A DNA stretch of 63,361 nt, filler included, from Candidatus Woesearchaeota archaeon (lineage in GTDB: Archaea; Nanobdellota; Nanobdellia; Woesearchaeales; B72-G16), in assembly GCA_003650545.1 (NCBI GenBank). It is 7 parts of 7 records of this genome, joined end to end, with 100 filler letters (N's around TTAATTAATTAA, not from the genome) between each part and the next. Parts side by side here need not be neighbours in the genome. Positions count along the whole stretch, not along the records: positions 37,512 to 46,473 come from QMQO01000046.1; positions 46,574 to 55,291 come from QMQO01000047.1; 5 more parts are not named here. One strand, given 5' to 3'. The translations under genes were made by a program, and so were the position numbers. A model generated the notes under the pieces. It saw nothing but the letters and a program-made list of their open reading frames with translations, was not told the DNA's origin and ran no database searches. How positions within the stretch are numbered: position 1 is the stretch's first letter; each line of letters starts with the position of its first letter. Below, piece after piece: positions 39,941 to 49,768 of this stretch.

Positions 39941-40886
39941 TATTTTTCTCTACATAGAAACCGACCCTTTCAATCAATATTTTTTTACATTTCGGACAAT
40001 AAGTTGAGTTCGTTTCTCCACTTGGAATATTACCTGCATAGACATATTTGATTCCAGAATCCAAAGCGAGCTTTCTTACTTCTAATAATGTTGTAGAAGG
40101 TGTTGGCGGTTGTGTTGCTCTATATGCAGGAAAATAAGCTGTAAAATGCCAAGGAACGTCTGTGCCTAGATTTTCTAATACAAAATTGATCATCTCTTTT
40201 ATATCGACCATATTATCGTTAAGAGTTGGAATAATTAAAGTTGTAATTTCTAGCCACTTGCCTGCTTTTTTTATCGCAATCATGGTCTCCTGAACTGGTT
40301 TGAGCCAGGCTCCGCATTGCTCATGATAGAACTTGTTGTTGCCTTTATAATCTATGTTTGCAGCATCTATATATTTCAACAATTCTCTTTGCGGTTCTGG
40401 ATTGATAAAGCCATTTGAAACAATAACATTCTTTATTCCTTCCTTTTTTGCAAGTTTTGCTGTCTCTAACATATATTCAAAAAATATTGTTGGTTCTGTA
40501 TATGTGTAAGAAATGCTCTGACAATTGTTTTTGATTGCAGCTTCTACTATTTTTTTTGGCTCTGTCTTTTCTGTGAAGATTTCTTCAGGTTTGAATTGGC
40601 TAATCTGCCAGTTCTGGCAATGTTTACAATGTAGATTACAGCCGGGTGTTCCAAATGATAATGCTCTTGAACCTGGAAGAAAATGATAAAGTGGTTTTTT
40701 CTCAATTGGGTCTATGGCTAGAGGACCTGCGATGTTAGGATAAACCATGCTATAAAGTGTACCTTTGATGTTCTTGCGTGCATTACAGTTGCCGTATTCT
40801 TCTGGTTTTATTGTGCAATAACGAGGACAGAGCTGGCACTGAACAATGTTATCTTTTAGCTTCTTATAGTACATCGCCTCTTTCAT
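39882..40886 (-). CDS. amrS: AmmeMemoRadiSam-system radical SAM enzyme
   Basis: CQLCPRYC, DPIEKKPLYHF, GCNLHCKHCQN (CxxxCxxC), YTYTEPT, TYCPKC. Confidence 0.92.
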   Translation of the reverse strand: MKEAMYYKKLKDNIVQCQLCPRYCTIKPEEYGNCNARKNIKGTLYSMVYPNIAGPLAIDPIEKKPLYHFLPGSRALSFGTPGCNLHCKHCQNWQISQFKPEEIFTEKTEPKKIVEAAIKNNCQSISYTYTEPTIFFEYMLETAKLAKKEGIKNVIVSNGFINPEPQRELLKYIDAANIDYKGNNKFYHEQCGAWLKPVQETMIAIKKAGKWLEITTLIIPTLNDNMVDIKEMINFVLENLGTDVPWHFTAYFPAYRATQPPTPSTTLLEVRKLALDSGIKYVYAGNIPSGETNSTYCPKCKKILIERVGFYVEKNNVKNSKCSFCKTDIAGVFE

Positions 40887-41569
40887 GGTTTTAGTATATT
40901 CCTGAGGATATAAAAAGGTTTTGTACTTTACATGAAGTACTTTACATGGAGTTGCAGATTTAAGATTTTTTTCTCACAATTTGATTACAAGATTTCTCGA
41001 GAAAGTCATTAATTGCATCACTAATCGCATCTTGTTATTGGTCATTTTAAATCAGCTAAATTTTTTCAGTATCATCAATCTTTTTTTTATCAGTTTAACA
41101 ATTTTTTTATAATTCAACAAGTCAGAGTCCTTTCAACTGGAAACTTCTTTTTTTTCTTTTTGCTATCTATCAAACTTTTTATCTTCTTTAACTTCTAATC
41201 TTTGCATTTGATTTTTTAAAATTTGGATTGACTTCCCTCAATATTTTAACGCATTGAAAAAAATTAATTTTGAAATCAACATCAAAAAATTTTTGGCATA
41301 ATTACTGTTTTAAATAACACTAATAATAACACTATAACACCAAATAATAACAATAATAATACTAAAAATTCTTTTTTCTAGCCATCAAGACCATCAAATC
41401 ATCAAAAACTTTTTTTTTGCTAATAGCATATTGAAAACTTTAAAATTAATATCTTCTGTTTAGTTTTTTCCTTAGTTAGTTTTTATAGTTCATAATCCAT
41501 TAAATTTAACTACTCTACAGTAGAAAAATATATAAATACAAAGGACATTTTGTTTTATTAGGGATAATA

Positions 41570-42217
41570 ATGGTTGTTGGATTAATTGAGAGAATAGATT
41601 TAGAATCCATCGTCAGTATTGATGTCAGCACAAAATTTCTCGATGAAATTTCTAATCCAACTGATAAACTGCATGCTAAAGAGACATACGAAAGTCTGTT
41701 GAAAACATTAAATTATCAAAGCACCAGATATTTTTTAATAGAAGGTAGTAATAAATACATAGATATCTTAAAACCATGTTTAGAGGTTGTTAGTCCTGAC
41801 ACAGGAAAGGCATTTTTGGTGGCATTAAAAAAAAGTAAAGATAACAAGTATTCTTTTGATACAGCACATGTATGGAAAAATCACCCTGAAATTGATCTGC
41901 CATTGATTAGTTATGCTATTGTTAAAAGAGAACTCTATCCTAGTGTAGGTATAAGATTTACAGCTTATGTATATAGACTCTTTGATAGATTTTTTGGGTG
42001 CAAAAATATCAAACGTTTTGAAAACATCACAAAATGGCCTAAATTTGAAAGCTTAGATAACTCAGGTTATCTTGAATCATTGATCAAAATTGCTATAGCT
42101 GACCCATTTAATAGATTTGATATTGATTATGATTTAGTAATAAAAGAATCCATTAGGAGAACAAAAGTTCCTATTCGAGAATTAAAAAGAAATATAGATT
42201 TCTTAGCTTTAATTTAA
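41570..42217 (+). CDS. Hypothetical protein
   Basis: 215-aa ORF with upstream AAAAATATATAAAT promoter. Confidence 0.7.
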   Translation: MVVGLIERIDLESIVSIDVSTKFLDEISNPTDKLHAKETYESLLKTLNYQSTRYFLIEGSNKYIDILKPCLEVVSPDTGKAFLVALKKSKDNKYSFDTAHVWKNHPEIDLPLISYAIVKRELYPSVGIRFTAYVYRLFDRFFGCKNIKRFENITKWPKFESLDNSGYLESLIKIAIADPFNRFDIDYDLVIKESIRRTKVPIRELKRNIDFLALI

Positions 42218-42288
42218 AATAGTAAAATATATAAAGGAGTACTAATATACTCATTTGTATATTAAAAAAAAAGAAAAAGGTGATAACA

Positions 42289-42435
42289 GTGGGAATATGC
42301 GAGTTTTATCTAAAAACATGCTTTGCTAAATGCGATGGAAGAAATCATGAAAATTGTTATCTAAAAGAGATTCAAAAACAGGCCTATAAAGGCCAGAAAC
42401 TGTTTCAAAGCAAGAAACTAGAAATAGATATCTAA
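42289..42435 (+). CDS. 48-aa Cys-rich small protein (below cutoff)
   Basis: GGTGA RBS, GTG start, C..C..C..H..C, upstream TATA. Confidence 0.5.
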   Translation: MGICEFYLKTCFAKCDGRNHENCYLKEIQKQAYKGQKLFQSKKLEIDI

Positions 42436-42595
42436 TGGATAAATTGGATAAATAGACTATTTTATCAATTCTAATGGTATCTAAGGTTATAGGATGTTAT
42501 TATACAGTAACGAAATCTTTAAATATCATTTCGTTTTGTAACTCATAAATAGCAACGAATAACAATGTTCTTGTAAAACAAGAGGGGTTAAAATT

Positions 42596-44080
42596 TTGAA
42601 AAACAGATTTTTAAAGATTGGAGTATTAGCTTTCTTGCTGACTGCTGTTACTTCTAGTTCTGTAAATAAAACTAAGGCTGCAGAAAAACCAAATCTGGCT
42701 GACAAATGTGCAAACTATATCCCTTACTCATATTTAAAAGCAGATCCTAATAGTAGATTTGAAGACAGAGTAAACAGCCTAATGCTAAAGATGTATTGCG
42801 ATGATCGCGATGATTATGAATCCAGGGAAAAAACTAGTGGTGGTAGTGGTAATAGTGGTAGCAGTGGTAGCAGCTTTAAAATTTCTAGAATAGAAACAGA
42901 AACTACAAAGAGAACAAAAAGCAGAAATTTTAGTACTGGCTTTGAAAATTTAAGCAAAGGGCTAGCTATAGCAAAAATTTTTCATTCATTTTTTGATTCT
43001 AATGATTCTAATGTTAGTGCAATTAAACAGAATAAGCCTGAGATAGATGTTATTGTTAAAGCACAGGCAACCATCGAATTCAAGTATCAGCCTATTTTAC
43101 ATCATATCAAGCCTGGAGACTCTATCTATAAGCTTGCTAAGATTTACCATGTTGATCCTCAAATAATAATCAAAGATAATAACATCACACACCCTAAGAA
43201 ATGGCTTTTTGTAGGTGATCCAGACATTGTTATTAGAAGAAATGAGTTTAATACTCCTGGCTATAAAAAAAACTATGAAAAAAACCATAAAAAAGATTAT
43301 AAAAAAAATTATAAAAAAAGTAATGTATTTGCTGATGAGAATCAAAATCCAAACAACCGTCATGTTTATGAAACCCCTGGTTTTGTTGGCATGATCGACT
43401 TTGAAAACGCAGAATATATTCCAATTGTTTGGAATGTTGAATTTAATGGCAGGTTACAGAATTGTGGTAATATAGATAGGAACAAATATGATACAGAGAT
43501 ATTTGCTGCAGCTGATAAACATGGTATAGACAGAGATTGGTTTAAAGCTCATATAATTTCTGAATCTTGTCTTAATCGAAAAGCACATTCTAGTGCAGGT
43601 GCCCTTGGTCTTGGTCAAATTATGCCATATACTGCAAAAACAGAATGTGGAATTACATGGAAAAATAATGCAAACCTAAAAGAACAGATGTTCGATGTTG
43701 ATACGAATTTAGATTGTTCAGCAAAGATCCTGAGGCATTATTTAGAAATTGCTGGTGTAAACGCGCAGAAGCTTGGCCTAGTTGACCAATACCAAATTGC
43801 AGCAACAGCATCCTATAACTATGGTTATGGTAAAAAGGATTATAGGGAGTGTTTTACTAAAAAAGGCGGGGTAAGAACAAGACGGGGTGTTGTGTGCAAG
43901 ATGGCTCATTATGGGGATGATTGGCAAAAAAAGATTCCCAAGGAAACAAAAAGATTTTTAGAAATAGTTGGTAATGAGTATGCTTATTTACTTAAACAAA
44001 GGGGATTAGCACAGAGAATTGATGAACAAAATACAAATACATATTTAGTACAACGACTTTCTATCCAAGCCGAATATTAA
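42596..44080 (+). CDS. Secreted LysM + SLT-family lytic transglycosylase
   Basis: Signal peptide; LysM HHIKPGDSIYKLAKIYHV; SLT motifs IISES (catalytic Glu), GALGLGQIMP, ASYNYG, IPKET. Confidence 0.9.
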   Translation: MKNRFLKIGVLAFLLTAVTSSSVNKTKAAEKPNLADKCANYIPYSYLKADPNSRFEDRVNSLMLKMYCDDRDDYESREKTSGGSGNSGSSGSSFKISRIETETTKRTKSRNFSTGFENLSKGLAIAKIFHSFFDSNDSNVSAIKQNKPEIDVIVKAQATIEFKYQPILHHIKPGDSIYKLAKIYHVDPQIIIKDNNITHPKKWLFVGDPDIVIRRNEFNTPGYKKNYEKNHKKDYKKNYKKSNVFADENQNPNNRHVYETPGFVGMIDFENAEYIPIVWNVEFNGRLQNCGNIDRNKYDTEIFAAADKHGIDRDWFKAHIISESCLNRKAHSSAGALGLGQIMPYTAKTECGITWKNNANLKEQMFDVDTNLDCSAKILRHYLEIAGVNAQKLGLVDQYQIAATASYNYGYGKKDYRECFTKKGGVRTRRGVVCKMAHYGDDWQKKIPKETKRFLEIVGNEYAYLLKQRGLAQRIDEQNTNTYLVQRLSIQAEY

Positions 44081-44204
44081 AACTTAAAATACTGATGTAA
44101 AAATATAAAACATTCAGAATAAAATATGTTCAAATAAAAGTTCTAACTTCTAAATGCTTGTTAATCATATTAACCTTGTTGACTATCATTTTTTTAATTT
44201 ATTT

Positions 44205-44462
44205 TTAATTCTCTTCGAGCATAAATTTTAATTGCATTAATTTAATTAGATGTAGTTCTTGTTTTATTTCCTTAACTTGTTCTTTAAGTTCTTCTATAGA
44301 TTCATAATTTTCCTGATTGAGTTCTGCATTCATTTCAACCATTTCTGGGAGATCTTTGAGGATCGAGAGCTCTGCTCTGATTTGTTTTATCCAACTATCA
44401 ACATCTTCCCTGAACTGTTCTATGTTTACTTTTGGCTTGTGTTCCTGCAACATCGCTGGCAT
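44205..44462 (-). CDS. Small coiled-coil hypothetical protein
   Basis: GAGGT RBS, upstream TATA. Confidence 0.7.
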   Translation of the reverse strand: MPAMLQEHKPKVNIEQFREDVDSWIKQIRAELSILKDLPEMVEMNAELNQENYESIEELKEQVKEIKQELHLIKLMQLKFMLEEN

Positions 44463-44574
44463 TTTTATTACCTCATTTTAAAAACTAATATACTAATATA
44501 GGGAAAGCTATATTGCTATATAAATGTTTTGTTTTTAGAGTAAAAATTTAGAGTAAATTTAGTTTTATCTAGGC

Positions 44575-46341
44575 TTAACTTCTTTTTTTAATTATGTCTA
44601 ATCTCAATCTTAGCTCTCTTAACTGATGAGGGTCCCACTCTGATGGAGAACCGTCCATAGGACATTCTGCGGCTTTATTCTTAGGAAAGGCAATAACTTC
44701 GCGAATATCGTTTGTGCCTATCATCAAAGCTAACAAGCGATCAAAACCAAGACCCATGCCTCCATGAGGTGGTCCTCCGTAGCGGTATGCATTCAACAAG
44801 AAGCCAAACTTTTTGTTAGCTTCTTCGTCTGTCATGCCAATCACATTCATGACTCTTCTTTGCAATTCAGGTTGTGTGATGCGAATTGATCCAGAACCTA
44901 ACTCAATACCGTTTAGAACAACGTCAAACAGATCACCTTGCACTTTTCCAGGATCTGTCTCAAGATACTTAAAATGCTCCTTCTTTGGCATTGAAAACAT
45001 GTGATGTTCGGGTTCCCAACGCTGTTCATCTTCATTCCATGCAAATAATGGGTAATCTGTCACCCAGCAAAATTTAAACTCTTTTGGGTTTACTAATTTA
45101 AGTCTTTTTGCCAATTCATTCCTTAGTTCGCCTAATGCAGTATGAACAATCTTTTCCTTATCTGCAACAAACAATAAGAGATCACCTTTTTCAGCATTTG
45201 TTAACTTAATTAATTGTTTTTGTACTTTTTTGCTAAAAAATTTAACAATGCTGGATTCTAAACCATTTTCTGTTATCTTCATCCAAGCCAAACCTTTAGC
45301 TTTATAGATTCCAACTAACTCAGTTAATTCTTCTATATCCTTCCTAGAAAAGTTAGCACAGTTTTTTGCATTAATGCACTTAACTCTGCCTCCAGCGTCA
45401 ATTGCTGATTTGAATACAGCAAAGTCAGATTGTTTTGCAATTTCTCCAATATCAATCAGCTCTAGGCTAAATCTAATGTCTGGTTTATCTGTACCAAAGC
45501 GTTCCATAGCTTCTTTATAAGTATAAACAGGAAACTTATCTTTAATGTCAACACCAATTGTTTTTTTTAAGATATGTTTTAATAATCCTTCTACAAATTC
45601 CATAATATCTTTTGCTGTAACAAAACTCATCTCAAAATCTAACTGTGTATGTTCTGGTTGTCTATCTGCCCTTAGGTCTTCGTCTCTTAGACAGCGAGCG
45701 ATTTGATAGTAGCGATCAAAGCCAGATATCATTAATGTTTGTTTATACAGTTGAGGTGATTGTGGCAACGCATAAATCTTACCAGGTGAGACCCTGCTTG
45801 GTACAACATAATCGCGCGCACCTTCTGGTGTTGACCTAACAAGGAAAGGTGTTTCTATCTCAAGAAAACCATGATTGTTAAAATATTCTCTGGCTGCTTG
45901 AGCAGCCTTATGTCTTAATGCTAGATTACGCTGCATAACTGGTCTTCTTAAATCTAAATAGCGATATTTTAAACGTATATCATCGCTTGCAATTATGCGA
46001 TCATCAACTTCTAATGGGGGAACTTCTGACGAATTTAGAACTGTGAGATCATCAATAAGCACTTCAATCTCGCCTGTTGCTAAATTTGGGTTTTCCATAT
46101 TTTTTTTTCTTGTTTTTACTATGCCTGATACTTCGATACAGAACTCTCTTCTCAACTTTTCAGCATCTGAAAAGTATTTACAATCAGGATTGAAGACGAT
46201 CTGAGTGATACCAAATCTATCTCTTAGATCAACAAAAATAACTCCGCCATGATCTCTTCTGCTATGAACCCAACCACATAATGTAACTTTCTTGTTAACA
46301 TCTTGCTTTCTTAGTTCTCCACAGTTATGTGTTCTATTCAT
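44575..46341 (-). CDS. aspS: Aspartyl-tRNA synthetase, bacterial type with GAD insert, probably non-discriminating
   Basis: RTHNCGELR, RRDHGG, TPEGARDY, ALPQSPQ, RDEDLRADRQPE, GAD insertion, PPHGGMGLGFDR. Confidence 0.97.
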   Translation of the reverse strand: MNRTHNCGELRKQDVNKKVTLCGWVHSRRDHGGVIFVDLRDRFGITQIVFNPDCKYFSDAEKLRREFCIEVSGIVKTRKKNMENPNLATGEIEVLIDDLTVLNSSEVPPLEVDDRIIASDDIRLKYRYLDLRRPVMQRNLALRHKAAQAAREYFNNHGFLEIETPFLVRSTPEGARDYVVPSRVSPGKIYALPQSPQLYKQTLMISGFDRYYQIARCLRDEDLRADRQPEHTQLDFEMSFVTAKDIMEFVEGLLKHILKKTIGVDIKDKFPVYTYKEAMERFGTDKPDIRFSLELIDIGEIAKQSDFAVFKSAIDAGGRVKCINAKNCANFSRKDIEELTELVGIYKAKGLAWMKITENGLESSIVKFFSKKVQKQLIKLTNAEKGDLLLFVADKEKIVHTALGELRNELAKRLKLVNPKEFKFCWVTDYPLFAWNEDEQRWEPEHHMFSMPKKEHFKYLETDPGKVQGDLFDVVLNGIELGSGSIRITQPELQRRVMNVIGMTDEEANKKFGFLLNAYRYGGPPHGGMGLGFDRLLALMIGTNDIREVIAFPKNKAAECPMDGSPSEWDPHQLRELRLRLDIIKKRS

Positions 46342-46473
46342 TTGATATAGGAGAAGTTGAGAATTTATAAAGGTTATTAGTGAATGTCATATTGTTTCTA
46401 ATTAGTAGTTATTTGATAGCTATAAAATCGGTAGCTATAAAATCAAAAATTTATTGTTCTTATTTATTTCTTA

Positions 46474-46573
46474 NNNNNNNNNNNNNNNNNNNNNNNNNNN
46501 NNNNNNNNNNNNNNNNNTTAATTAATTAANNNNNNNNNNNNNNNNNNNNNNNNNNNNNNNNNNNNNNNNNNNN
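46474..46573. other. Artificial contig spacer
   Basis: N44-TTAATTAATTAA-N44. Confidence 0.99.
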
Positions 46574-46737
46574 CAGTTAAATTAATAGCGGGCGCCATAA
46601 TTTTTCAAAGCACTCTTTCCTATGCGCAGCCTTTAATAGAAACCAAGCAATTAAATACTTTTTTAAAGAGAAATACACATAATGAATATGTTTACGCGTA
46701 TAATAGCAATAATAACAATACTCAGGAGGATGGTAGT

Positions 46738-49700
46738 ATGACAAATGGAGGACCTGTTATAAAGCCGCCAGAAGAAGAGGAAAGAATTGCAGAAGAGGCC
46801 CTTAGAGATTTGGGAGTTGTTCCAAGAAAAACTATTGTTTTATTGATTACATTTGAGCAAACAGAAATATTTAGAGACATACAAGCATGGCTACCTTCTG
46901 ACGAACTAATAAGAATAAGCCGTATAGAAAACCCAGAAGAAAAGCTACAAGCTACTTTTGATATTATTTCTCATGCCGTTGCCTTAAATCTTCACACCCC
47001 AAGTGCCACTTATGTTAAACAAAGTTTGGAGCTTTTGGGCGGATATATCCATGATACTTCTTATGCAGGAACACCATTTCGTCCAGAAGAAAATTTAAAT
47101 GCAGAAAATATAGAACATACTGAAGGAGAGCTTAAAGCAAATGCGTGGAGATTTACAGAAAAATGGATGGATGATTTTATAGCAGGTTTAATTGGAGGAG
47201 CAAAGGTTTTGAAAGAAAGAATAGAAGATAGTAATGAATATATCCCAACAAATCAATCAAGTTTTGCGCAAAATTTTGCAAATGCTTCAATAACAATAAT
47301 GCTTGCATCTGGTTATGCAACCTATGGACCAAGGATCGTGAGAAATGCGATTGCAGACTCGAGATATGAGTCTTACGTTCTTGATAAAGGTTTGACGAAT
47401 GAAGAAAGATTTGATAAACTTTCTAAATTATTATATGAGCATGCAGAAAAATGGGAAGCAAAATATTACGGCCCAGGATGGGCAGAACGCCATAGAAGTG
47501 CGTTCAATGGTGTTTGGAATTTTGCATCAGATATTTATATCAAATTAGGTAGAGAGGCAACACCAGAAAGAATTGCGTATTATCTTACAACACCACGCGA
47601 GGAGGATGGGGTTATCCCTTTAGAAGAGTATTTTCAGAATAGGAAGTTCCACGGTTCCTATGTAACATATTATTCAATAGATAAATTAGATGAAAATGGA
47701 GAAAGAATAAAATTTTATGATTATATGGATGAAGATTTTATAAAGTATAGAGATGGTGGTGGAGAGTATAGAGAGGAAACTGGCTGGTTCCATGATATGG
47801 ATATTTATCAGTACCTTGATCGTAATAACATAATAACCAATAAAGAAGAGGTTAGAAGAATTTTAATTGATACTCTCAAAAACGATAAAGTCACAAAAGG
47901 CCTTCCACCTATACTTGCAACTGCATTCTTATTCTCAGGCGCAACACATGAAGATGATTACGGCCATTATGACGTTCTTTTAGACGTAGATACCATAGAT
48001 ACAGAATTCGAGCACACTATAGAAGCAGAATTTGGCGCATTTCCAAAAATTAAAGGCGTATCAACCACAGGAACAACAGTTGAATTTAAACTTGATAAAA
48101 AAACTAACGAGCGGATTGCCAAAGAATACATAATCCCCGTAGAATTAGATGCAGACCATATTAGTTTGCTGACATATGCTACTGGCAAAAAAAAGAGACC
48201 TTCATTTAGAGTAACTGATCCTTGTTTCAAGGATGGGGATATATATTTCTCTCTTTATAGTTCTGGAGAAGAAAAATATATCCTTTTGGAATTTGATAAA
48301 GGGAGGAGCTGTTATGTTCCTGCTTTAGATGAAAATGGAAAGTTACAATTTACTGAAGATAAAAAAGAGGCTGCTATTAAACACTTTGAAAGAACTGATG
48401 AGGAAGGAAAATGCGCTCTATACTTTGATATTGCCTTTCTTCCTGAGGCGAGCTACCAAGTATATTGTGGGGTTGAAAGAGGTATGGATTATCCATTGAA
48501 AAGAGTGTCTGCTGGATCCTTTCAGATAGGTGTTAAACCTCCCCCATACACAGTACCAGCACATCCAGAAATTTTTGAAGAGGAAGTCAAAGCTGAAACC
48601 AAAATTGCAAGCGCACACCTAGGCTATACTGCGGATTTGGGCGCAATTCCTTCTTTTGATACAGATGAAAAAAGAAATGATTTTGCAGATACTTTTGCAG
48701 ACCTATCCTTACAGGTATCTATTGGCAACCAACAAGGGATTAGTGACCAGTTGACATTCCTTGAGGAAAATTATGCTGAAGGGGATGTGTTTTCATCAGG
48801 CCATACCTGGGATGAAGTAAGAGCTTTATTTGCTACCAACCCTAAAGAAGCATTTAAGATAGTTTTTGGATATGATTTGGATAGTAGTGAGAGAACTGAT
48901 GAAAGTTGGCTTAATAACAGGGTGGCTGATAATTTAATCATAAATCCAGGAACAGCTATAGAACGTTTTGTGCCAAGAATTACAGGAGATATGACAATAA
49001 CATATCGTTCTTTAAAGGCGCTGATAAATCCCTCATTGCTTTCTCTTTATGAAGTTTCTGTTACCGGGGGAGCTACACAATATGCTCCTGAAATAATAAA
49101 TATGCAGGGAGAAGTTATCATGAGTGCAGAAGAGTTGGATTTGGTTAAACGATATGCAGCAAGATATGGGTTAGAATTAAAAATTCGTCCGCTTAAACTT
49201 CCTGTTCTATTAGGAGTTAAGACTTTTATAAGAGATAAGATTGGTGAAGGTGCGCGTATTGCAGGAGCCAAAATTAATTGGGATAAGGAATATGACATAT
49301 CAACAATGTTAACGTTTTTAGAAACGGCAGGATTTGAAATAATCAGAGTAGAAGAGGTGTATGGGGGGATTAAGATAAAGAAGACAAATACAAAGTTGAT
49401 GGAAGAAATTGAAAATCGTGAGTATGGTGGAATCAATTTATCTCTTAAGATACCTGGCGGAATGTTAGGATTTAGACGGATAATTGTTGGTGGAAAAGTT
49501 GAGGAAGAAAGACGCCCAACATGGACGATTGATATCCCATTACCCCACCTTGAACCTGGATTAAAAGCAAGCATCTACGCTGCCATAAGCGGAGGAGAAA
49601 TATCACCCGGCTTAACAGGAGAAGTAGAATTAGGATCTACTGAAAAATATAACTTCAAACTTGGTTTTGATGTTTCTGTTGGTGAATTTGGGGTGGAGAG

Positions 49701-49749
49701 ACCACGGGGCGCATTTGAAATTAAAGTAATTATTGAAAGGAAGCCCTGA
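46738..49749 (+). CDS. Large acidic hypothetical protein with beta-strand-rich C-terminus
   Basis: 1003-aa ORF, AGGAGG RBS; no family recognised. Confidence 0.8.
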   Translation: MTNGGPVIKPPEEEERIAEEALRDLGVVPRKTIVLLITFEQTEIFRDIQAWLPSDELIRISRIENPEEKLQATFDIISHAVALNLHTPSATYVKQSLELLGGYIHDTSYAGTPFRPEENLNAENIEHTEGELKANAWRFTEKWMDDFIAGLIGGAKVLKERIEDSNEYIPTNQSSFAQNFANASITIMLASGYATYGPRIVRNAIADSRYESYVLDKGLTNEERFDKLSKLLYEHAEKWEAKYYGPGWAERHRSAFNGVWNFASDIYIKLGREATPERIAYYLTTPREEDGVIPLEEYFQNRKFHGSYVTYYSIDKLDENGERIKFYDYMDEDFIKYRDGGGEYREETGWFHDMDIYQYLDRNNIITNKEEVRRILIDTLKNDKVTKGLPPILATAFLFSGATHEDDYGHYDVLLDVDTIDTEFEHTIEAEFGAFPKIKGVSTTGTTVEFKLDKKTNERIAKEYIIPVELDADHISLLTYATGKKKRPSFRVTDPCFKDGDIYFSLYSSGEEKYILLEFDKGRSCYVPALDENGKLQFTEDKKEAAIKHFERTDEEGKCALYFDIAFLPEASYQVYCGVERGMDYPLKRVSAGSFQIGVKPPPYTVPAHPEIFEEEVKAETKIASAHLGYTADLGAIPSFDTDEKRNDFADTFADLSLQVSIGNQQGISDQLTFLEENYAEGDVFSSGHTWDEVRALFATNPKEAFKIVFGYDLDSSERTDESWLNNRVADNLIINPGTAIERFVPRITGDMTITYRSLKALINPSLLSLYEVSVTGGATQYAPEIINMQGEVIMSAEELDLVKRYAARYGLELKIRPLKLPVLLGVKTFIRDKIGEGARIAGAKINWDKEYDISTMLTFLETAGFEIIRVEEVYGGIKIKKTNTKLMEEIENREYGGINLSLKIPGGMLGFRRIIVGGKVEEERRPTWTIDIPLPHLEPGLKASIYAAISGGEISPGLTGEVELGSTEKYNFKLGFDVSVGEFGVERPRGAFEIKVIIERKP

Positions 49750-49768
49750 AGAAGAATAAGGTGATAAA

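Noticed and set aside
40920..41560. GTACTTTACATG x2 and AATAACACT microrepeats as regulatory array or ncRNA
   Set aside because: Short duplications in very AT-rich intergenic DNA with no further support
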